A stretch of 64,000 nucleotides of DNA from Bugula neritina (Eukaryota; Animalia; Bryozoa). Numbering within the stretch: the stretch's first letter is position 1; the number at the start of each line of letters is the position of its first letter. The DNA is taken from contig OZ037771.1 in NCBI GenBank assembly GCA_964035545.1, forward strand, positions 1,375,628 through 1,439,627. Reading direction: 5' to 3'. Positions 54,717 through 64,000 of the stretch are shown here, piece after piece. Both the position numbers and the translations under genes were made by a program. Below the pieces are notes generated by a model. It saw only the letters and a list, made by a program, of their open reading frames with translations. It was not told the DNA's origin and did no database searches.

Positions 54717-57700
54717 ATGGAACTAAGGCTCTGCCTGCTGCTACTGTTAGTCAGGGTTTCAGCCTCAGAGGAGAGCGGTGATGATGCGGGTTACACAATA
54801 GGTGACTACCTCCCCATGTACAAGCTAACCACGTCAAGATCTGCAGCTGAAAATACCGGTGCTACTAAATCACTTTTCTACGACTTCCTGCCCTCTGAGT
54901 TGGGAGGAAAGAAAGCTAACCACCTTGAAATTAGATCTCTTTACAGCGTAAGTCTATCAGCCTATAGCAGCACTGAACATGCTGCTGCTGCCGTAAACCA
55001 CATCGACAGCATTGGCTTAAACAAGACTTTTTTAGAACTAAATATAGTACATAACGCCTGTTGCAATAAATGATGGAACAATTAGCCAGGGTTGGTAGCA
55101 CTTTAAATAACGTTGATGTATTGACTCTCAATTAGCCAAGCTATCAGGTGCAGTAGAACCAGTAATAGCAACCAGGTAGACAGCATTAAGCATCAAATAA
55201 TATCAGTTATAGAAGCTTTTTCTTGAGTAGAAAGACAAAACTTGACACTACTACTAAATCAATATTGCATCTGGTAGCTCTTTGTGTCCTGATAGTTTAA
55301 TCTATTGATGCAATTATTTTGGGTATTGTCTACTGACACATAACCATACATTATTCATACATGAGCTACCAAGTCAATATTGTTGTAATCTTAAGTCAGT
55401 ATTTGAGTTTTCTCCAGTCACTAGTTTGAGTCACATCAAGGGACTTGATTACTCTTCAATATAGTTGTAATAGCTAAGTCATGCTGTAGAAATCTTGTTA
55501 CTTGAGTAGTTCAAAAAGGGCAGGGGAAGATTTTAATGAAAATCTAAATGTAATGTGCAGCCTATCTGAAATAATGTGACACTTTGTGTGCAAAACTATT
55601 GATTTTGTTCAAATAATTACTTTACTGAGTACTTTTATGTGCAGTCTAAGATTATACTTGAGTTTTGGCATGTGTAATTAAAATCAGTAAATTTTTTTAC
55701 CAAGTTTACTTACACTTTTCATCATAATGTTCAATTTAGCACACTAGCAAACAACTAAACACTAGGTACAGCACTCTGCAGCATTGTCATTTCTCTCAAC
55801 TTTTTTAGGCATTAAGAATACATCTATTAAATTTATATTAAAAGATGTTTTAATATTATTTTGCTGTATTTTATTTGATGCTATGTTGTTAACATGGTCT
55901 TTTCTTTTGTGTAAAATAATGAAAATGTCAGCTATTTTCAAAGTTTCAATGAATCCAAGCATAGAATGAACTCAAAGCTACACACCTGAATGTCCATAAT
56001 TATCTGCTGATGCTACAAGAGAAGTAAAGTTAGACATCAAGTGCTGATGTAATTTAATCAAGTAACATGCCAGCTACTATTGAAAATAACAAAATTAGCC
56101 GCACTTAATTTATTTGAAGAGACTTTTATATGATTAGTTTTTATTGAATTACAATACAGAGGCATAAGAATTGCTATTCCCGATGACTTGTACAGAGACC
56201 TAAATTACACATTTATTAATTAAAGTCAGCTTTTAGGCAAGGCAGCGTATTCACTGCTTGGAGTCAGTATTCTCGCTTTTCTTATGTTACTGAGTTATAA
56301 ACACTGGGAAAGAAAATTGTAAACTTTACAAAGAAAATACTGGTGAACGCAGCCTAAACTGAACTGATGTATTGTTACTGATTTATATTCTATTGATGAA
56401 GCTAAATGAATCAGGCTTTAATTACTATTAATAGTTGCTCAAACTAATAAGAAATGGAAAGAAAAGGTAATGTTTGCACACTGCCTGCTACAGCTTACAA
56501 CTGTTTAGTGAATCAACACAAGCTGTTGACATTTACCTTGCTGAAATCACAGTATAAATTCCTAGTCTCAATACAGACTATTCATTGATCAGCTAATGAA
56601 TGTATTTACTCTTTATTGTAATTGAAAGAAACAGTCATTATACTAGGTATAATTTGGACAGTATTAAAGGAGTAGCATTATTATACTGCCTTTCCTAACT
56701 GTAAATATTAGCTTTTTTAATCAGATTAATGTTGAAAAATCATTTTAAGTAGTTAGTATCATTTCGGAACATATTTGGTGTCGCAACTCTGAAGTCTACT
56801 TGGAAACCAACTGAACAGCAATTATTGATTTAATATTTTTGAGTAATTACAGCAGCAGACAGATGCAACAGCTGTGCGCTGGCAATTATAACTTCATCTC
56901 AGCAATAGGTCGGAGGTCATTCAACCCCCCTTACTTGTTGCTTATGCCACTCAACTACAAAGAGTGTTGTACTCATTAATAAAATGTCAGCTATTGAGAA
57001 TTATTTAATATACTGTGCCATAATATAATATATATAATACACTGTGCTATAATACAATATATATAATATACTGTGCTATAATACAACATATATAATATAC
57101 TGTGCTATAATATAATATTATATATAATATACTGTGCTATAATACAATTTATATAATATACTGTGCTATAATACAATTTATATAATATACTGTGCTATAA
57201 TATGATATATAATGTACTGTATATAATGTTATATATAATATATTTAGTATACGGAGCTATTTAATATATGTATACTCATCAGTGACATGCTTGAAAAATG
57301 TACAAGCCCTGAAATAAAAATATTGACTAAATTAAATAAATAACATAGAATGATCACCATGATATTATACATCAGCCTGTAATTATGTATCTTTATAATA
57401 TTCATATGTGTATCTGTTAATGCAAGTAAGCACTGTATAAATAATCATTAAAGTTTATAAAACATACTTTCTAATTTACTGTGAGCTAAAATGACGGATA
57501 CTTTTGATAGATACACCGGTCTTAGGTTTACATATTTGGATGTGAGGAAAATGATGTGTGAATCAGGCGCAGGCATTGTGCAATGGGCAAATAATATGAG
57601 GTATTATATTCTTAGACATATCAATATCATGTAATCCAGCAATTGAAGAACACTTTAGCTAAGTGGTGTGTGCACACTAGCACAGACCTGTCAATGACTA

Positions 57701-60700
57701 CCGGCCACTTCAGAGTAGAAGTAGACCTATCAACTTACACCCTAATTAAGTGTTAACACACTTGGGCCATGCATAATAGTTATTATTCTAGAAAATTCCC
57801 TAGACTCCAATTCATACAATTTTTACGTTTGTATTTAGTCATTGTTGTTCCAATAGCTGGGCTGGTTGAGGTCACAAAAGGCTAATAGGAAAGTGGGGGA
57901 ACATTTTTATTGTTTTAGTAAACTCTGGCCATTGGGTAAACAACTCTAACTCAAACTCAATAACTTGCCAATTAGTTTAGTATTTCTTGTAAACTCGTGT
58001 GCAACTTTATTGTTAAACTGCTTACTAAGGATACTATGTGTGCAATTAATACACTGACATCTAGGTGTACATCGCATAGACATCTAGGTATATATATTAC
58101 ATTGTCATCTATAAGGTGTAAATAATACACTGACATCTAGGTGTGTATTACATTGAGATCTATATGTACATTACATCTATTGTAGGGAGAGATCAAGGTA
58201 ATACAGAGTGCACATTATGGAGTATCAGTTAATATTAGCAGCATGAATACCTTCACCTTATCCAGTGTACAACTAGAATACGCAGCTGTAGATGATACAG
58301 TTATTCTTCAACTGGTATGACACTTTATAATATTAATAACTTGTGTGCATGTGTGTGCAGATGTGTGCAGGTATGTGCAGGTATGGGCAAGTGTGTGTGC
58401 GCGTGCATGCGTGCGAGTATATTATAATTGAAATCAAAAGTTTATCACATTTAATATTTGAATGAAAATCTTCAACAAACATGTATATTGATACTAGTTT
58501 TGCTATTACGTGTATAATTTACTATTTGTTTGATGATAGTTGACATGTTTGAAAAACATTTAATGTAAATTAATTAAAGAATGTGAAGTTCTAATTTTAC
58601 AAAACACTTATCATATAAACAGCTATTTCCTTCATAAGAAGTAAGAAATTGGGTTATAGCTTAGATTTGTAGATGATTAGTGCAAAACTATGAAAAAATA
58701 AACTTATCTTGTTTCATTCAATTGTGAAGACATCTCCCACAATGTTTATCTCTATTACGATGATAGCCTAATTTTGCAGAAGAATGTTGAGCCCCGAATA
58801 TACGGAGGTTTGTCTTCCCTTGTAACACTCGGCATAGTGTTAGGATCCTTGCTATGTCTGACAATATTAGCTACCTGCGCCTATTTATGTTTCTGGAAGA
58901 TGAAGTTCAAGCAGCACAAGAAACTTACTGCAGGTAAAAAACTTCAAAATACACCAAAAGTTGCATTTCGAGAGAAGACAATTACTGTATGCTAAACATA
59001 GACTGAGTTGTCAGAGAGCTTGAAGCCTAAGGTCATGATTGGTATAACTTGAAACAAGAAAATAATTCAATGACATAAACCAGATTTGGGCAGTCTAATT
59101 AAGTATAAACAATTTCTTATGGCTAAAATTCAATATATCTTGAGCCAAAGCAACAAAGCAACAACCATAAATATATAGGATATAACAGTCATATTGTTGT
59201 CTATTTAATTGAAAATGCTTTTTACTTGTGTAGATCTGCAGGGTTTCCATAGTAACCATAACACTGCTACGATTAATGTTGTGAAAGCTTTGCTCTATGT
59301 AGTATAATTAGTTGCATAACAATGATTATAATTTATATTTTCAAGTCTGTGAGTTTGTGTTTTACTCGCTATATTTGATTGTTTTTGCAGCTACATTCAT
59401 CCTTCAAAACCTCTTCCTGTTGTCAATCAATATTTCCATGCTAGCCAAATACCAACTAGAAAGTTTAAGCTAATATTTTTTAACATTATGTTATCTCTTC
59501 TCCCTTACATTCTAAAAAGTTTTACTTTTTTGTTCAATTTTTTGGAGAATTTCTCACTAGTGCATACGCAGACATGTTCAAGTGGCTATTTCCTGTCTGT
59601 CTGTCTGTCCAATAACAAGTTGTGTTCTCTTGCTTGTGTATTAGTGCTACGCACACCAAGTCTGGGCACCTCGTTTGACTCTGTGCTAACATACTCCGAC
59701 ATTCACAGTTCTGAATCCTTGATTAAAAGCTGGTTTGATGAAAGATGGAATGATGAGTCGCCTGTCCAAACTGGTAAAGATTTGGTGGTAGCCCGAGATC
59801 TGCGCTGTAGCTGTGATCTTGGGCTATTGCTTTAGTGATTGGTAGAAAGATGAAACATCAAATTGTCAATCCCTAAGCTTTGATGTTGAGCATCTTTTCC
59901 CCTTTTCTTGAATTGCCGCAAACAAACACTGCTTGCAGTGTTGAAATTAGAACACAAAAATGGACATGTGCCGAATACCATTATTTCTAATCATTTTGAA
60001 TTGATAATTACATACGCACAGTTCTGAGTCATTTCAACTTTCTACAAATTCTTGCTGCTAAATTTCTTTGGTTTTTCCTAAGCTTGCTTGCAAACTTTAG
60101 TTTTACTAACCTGTTCAGTTTCAATATCTAAAAAGTAGACAGCTGTTCCTCTAATATTTTCACCCAATCATTGCTTTTTTAGTTTTGTGTTACTGCTAAG
60201 CAATTCTCGCCTTTGTTTTGCTTGACCTGTGCTCACGTATTCAATAGCAAATTTTTAACCATGCTATATTCCAGCTAGGTCTACGCAGGTAGCTTTTCAA
60301 GCTAATGAGCAATTTTTAAACTCCTAAAAATAATTTTAATAATTTCTATAACAAATGACACTTTCATTATAGTATATTGTTTCACAACTTTTCAACAGCC
60401 TAACTTGACTAATGTGTATTTCAACAGATGTAAACAGAGCTGCAACTGGAGCCAACTCAGTTGCCTCAGATGTCAGGGGAGATAACAACGAGTCAGCAAC
60501 TGAAAGCTCTGGGCAGCATTCTCGGCTAGTCCTGCAAGAGAAGGGGAAGGGCAGTAGTAATGACAACACAATCACTAGCAGGGTGAGTTTGGGTTTACTA
60601 GTTGTGTAACCTACACTCAAAAAGACTATTTAATTTACAAATGTGTATAAATAATTTTAATTTAATTTGAAAAGTTATTCAAGCAATGCAATAAATAATT

Positions 60701-62645
60701 TTGGAAAAATACTTGACTCGTTACAGCCGTCATCGTTGAGCCATCGAAGGCAACGGTACAGAGCGTCTGTGCGCCGGGATATCTCCTCTAGTGATGACAT
60801 GTCCAGTATAGATGACAACTGGACAAAACGCAAAGCTTCTTGGAAAAGAACTCAGGGTAGGGACCAATTAGTGTATTGGAAAGAACTGTTTATGATATAC
60901 AATCAAATGCACATGCTTTGTATTAACCCCTGATATACCGAGAAAACCATGCTTTAATTTCGTTAAAGTTGTGTTGCTGTCCTCTACTAACACTCTTTAT
61001 TTATTGCACTAAAAGTTTTATCACCTTCAGTTTGTGTTCTGACAGACTCTATTCCGGAAGATTCTGATAATTCTATCATTGTCCTTGACACAAGTGGTCG
61101 TTTATCGGTTGCTCGGTTACCGGTGCAGCCAGGTATTCAGTATTGTGTTGTAAGACATGCTACTTTACTCCCTCATCCCAATCCTAATTCTGCTGCTTAT
61201 TAAATCTGAAAAATGTTTTAACTGCTTCCCGCATTTATGTATTTGTGAGAAATCAGTTTAAATTATTGATTCACATTTCTGCTTTTACATCTGCACACCA
61301 TTTGTGCTGAAGTTGTGTTAGATTATTATCATTCCACTAGTAAAATAGATAGCTTACTCCTATTTCCTATTGGTGAAGGGGTGAAGAGTTTTTACTTGAT
61401 TTGAGTTTTCAATTCCTATTTGGATGGCTGATTTCCGGTTTATTTGCTCTATTTTATTGACAGGCGATTTTTATATTTTAAGTTTATTTGTTGAATTTAT
61501 TACTATATAAAACTGTAGTTATTTGCTTGCCATTTCATTGCTTTTTGGTTAATGATATCTTTTTAACTATCATTCAAATTTACTAATTGGTTAGAATTGA
61601 ATCTGAAAAAAAAGTGTAACATAGATAATCAGGATATGCAGCATATTTTTAGTCAAGAGATTTATATTATACAATTATAATTCAATATATAAAATAAGAT
61701 GATATTTTCCATCATTTAAATTTTAAATTCTAATGCAGCCCCCACTTATCTTTGTCCATTTTATGTCTCCAGCTAGAAGTAATACGTTTGATGTTGTCTT
61801 TACTTGCAGGTCACAAGAGAACCCAGTTCAAGGACGTTGATCTGACCTCAGGTGACGGTGGATTCTCAAGTAGTAATGAATTCCGTCCTAGCAGGTCTGG
61901 CAACAATGAAATAAAGAAAAAAATTAAATACAGTAATTTTATTGGAATGAAGTCTAATAGAAGCGTTGAATTTCATTTTTAAGATCATTGATTTAATAAT
62001 GAATCTATATTTAGAATGCCTCACAGAATTCGTAATCGAATTGGACGAAGAAAAGATCGAAACGTTGAGGAACTGGAGTGGGATGAGTATGAGATGGGAG
62101 AGCGCAGCATCCCACCTCCTATTTCAGAGCTCAATGGGTGGCAGTTTAGTACAGATGACGAGCAGGTTAGTTATCATTGTGATAGAATTGACAACTCCTT
62201 ATGTTGAATGTCTGAATAAGAGACAAATACATGCTGTTGAATTATGTTTACTTAGTTATGTTCAAAGACACTCTTTATACTTAGCTTAAACTTAAATTAT
62301 ACCAAGTCTAGAATTTTTTCCACAAGTGTGCGACGAGATACTAGAAAACAGGAAATTTCTTTTATACTACTATCATTCAATAGAATACGATTTTATATTC
62401 ACCTCTCTATCTATGAGCTTTAAATTAAAGCATGGCCTATTGAAAAAACACATAAGCAAGGCATATTTTTATTGAATATTTAACGGAGTTTGAATCATCT
62501 ACACCATTATCTATTTATAGCATAACATGCTGCCTCCACCACTTGATGAACTGATGCTGCCTTCAGATCACTCTGAGAGAGGCAGTGACAGCGACTTGCA
62601 TGATGTCAGAGAAGCTATCCACAACGCCATGGACTCAGTAAACAG
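54717..62645 (+). CDS. Type I membrane protein with ~110-aa ectodomain and long disordered cytoplasmic tail (3' end unresolved or outside window)
   Basis: Exons 54717-54947 (signal MELRLCLLLLLVRVSA), 58186-58314, 58780-58933 (TM LVTLGIVLGSLLCLTILATCAYLCFW), 59645-59773, 60428-60582, 60727-60856, 61046-61132, ~61810-61894, 62015-62165, 62521-62645; phases consistent; last exon ends at a GTGAG donor with no stop. Confidence 0.75.
57005..57230. repeat. ~28-bp AT-rich minisatellite (ATATAATATACTGTGCTATAATACAAT)
   Basis: About 8 units. Confidence 0.9.
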
Positions 62646-62696
62646 GTGAGTTCCCATGCAGGGTGGCATTACTTGGCAGGTTATTTAGAGTAGACT

Positions 62697-62998
62697 ATGA
62701 CAATACATAGCAGGTTAGTTAGCATGCATTGTGACAATACATAGCAGGTTAGTTAGCATGCATTGTGACAATACATAGCAGGTTAGTTAGCATGCATTGT
62801 GACAATACATAGCAGGTTAGTTAGCATGCATTGTGGCAATACATAGCAGGTTAGTTAGCATGCATTGTGGCAATACCTAGCAGGTTAGTTAGCATGCATT
62901 GTGACAATACATAGCAGGTTAGTTAGCATGCATTGTGGCAATACATAGCAGGTTAGTTAGCATGCACTGTGACAATACATAGCAGGTTAGTTAGCATG
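62697..62998. repeat. 34-bp minisatellite (GTGACAATACATAGCAGGTTAGTTAGCATGCATT)n
   Basis: About 9 units starting ~50 bp after the donor at 62645. Confidence 0.95.
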
Positions 62999-64000
62999 AA
63001 TAATGGCAATACTTGTATTAACTGCTTACCCTCTACACTTTCCCACCAAAACAAAGCTGGCTTTTACTTTATATTGATTAATAATAATTTAAAATGCTTT
63101 CTATAACAGCTATAATAACATATTGTATTTATTTATTACCCTTCATTTGCTATACTTATCATTATCCAGGTTATATAGATATTTTTAGTTAATACTTGTG
63201 TCTTTCAGTAAAACTTTGTGTTTGATTCAGTGGACTAGTGTTTGATTTGATAAGCTGTGGTATGTTGGAAAAAATAATTCTAAAAATATTTTTTACATAT
63301 TCATGATAATTTAATACAATTAATTAGAGATAAAGTAGACTTGAGTTGATTTTAAAAGAAATATATTAGTGACTCCACTAAAATACATAAAGTTTCTATA
63401 ATTTTCTATAAGTTTCCCTTTTTGACTGAAGCACATATACTGTGGTAACACATAGTCTAAATCATGGCCTTTGTGTTATATAGTATATTAACAAGGTAAA
63501 TATGCATGCTCATTGTTATCATTTTCACAAGATATCTATGTTATATTGCACTGTGGGCCTTCTTCATTGATTGTGGACTACACCAACAAGAAGCTTTAGT
63601 TTATTGTTTTAAAATTAAGCATTTCAAGCCTGTAAATTTGACACAGTGCATTTGAGAGCATTTCAAGATATGTTATAATATCATGCTGGTAACTTCCTTA
63701 GACTATAAAATTCAGAGAGCAATTGTGGTGTGGCAGCTATATTTTAAACCTTTTTCACTTACGAGGTTTTTCATAATTCTGTAAGACAGAAAATAATCAA
63801 AAAGGTTTCAGTAACACCTTGACTAATAATCATTATTATTATTAATAGTTGTAATTACAATTACCAATAAAAATTATTGCCATATTATTGTTATTGTCAT
63901 CATTATTGATTGCTATTACCGTCAATAATTACTATTATTGTCATTATTAATGACCATTATTGTCGTTATTAATTAACATTATTGCCATTATTAATGCGCA

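Overview
AT-rich, intron-dense animal genomic DNA (invertebrate-like; organism not determinable from sequence alone). It contains four multi-exon protein-coding loci, which I assembled by hand from GT-AG sites with splice-phase checks. (1) The 3' part of WDR17 (+, 37-4705). (2) A secreted somatomedin-B / Mth-like-ectodomain / Ser-Thr mucin protein (+, 13277-17297, 670 aa). (3) A very large minus-strand gene (52658->17944, 36 phase-consistent exons, ~2189 aa): signal peptide - small beta ectodomain - TM - Tyr/Pro-rich cytoplasmic loop - second TM or internal signal - EGF, cbEGF and 2 TNFR-type repeats - a ~625-aa Cys-rich beta ectodomain whose layout resembles class II fusion proteins (fusexins such as EFF-1/AFF-1) - a five-TM module with helical extracellular loops. 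(4) A divergently transcribed type I membrane gene (+, 54717->62645+) that looks paralogous to the N-terminal module of gene 3. Introns carry many minisatellites, PIF/Harbinger-type MITEs, a 3.5-kb TIR element inserted in (TA)n with nested foldback palindromes, and a minimal type I hammerhead ribozyme on the sense strand of gene 3. The fusexin assignment is an inference from motif order and needs structure prediction.
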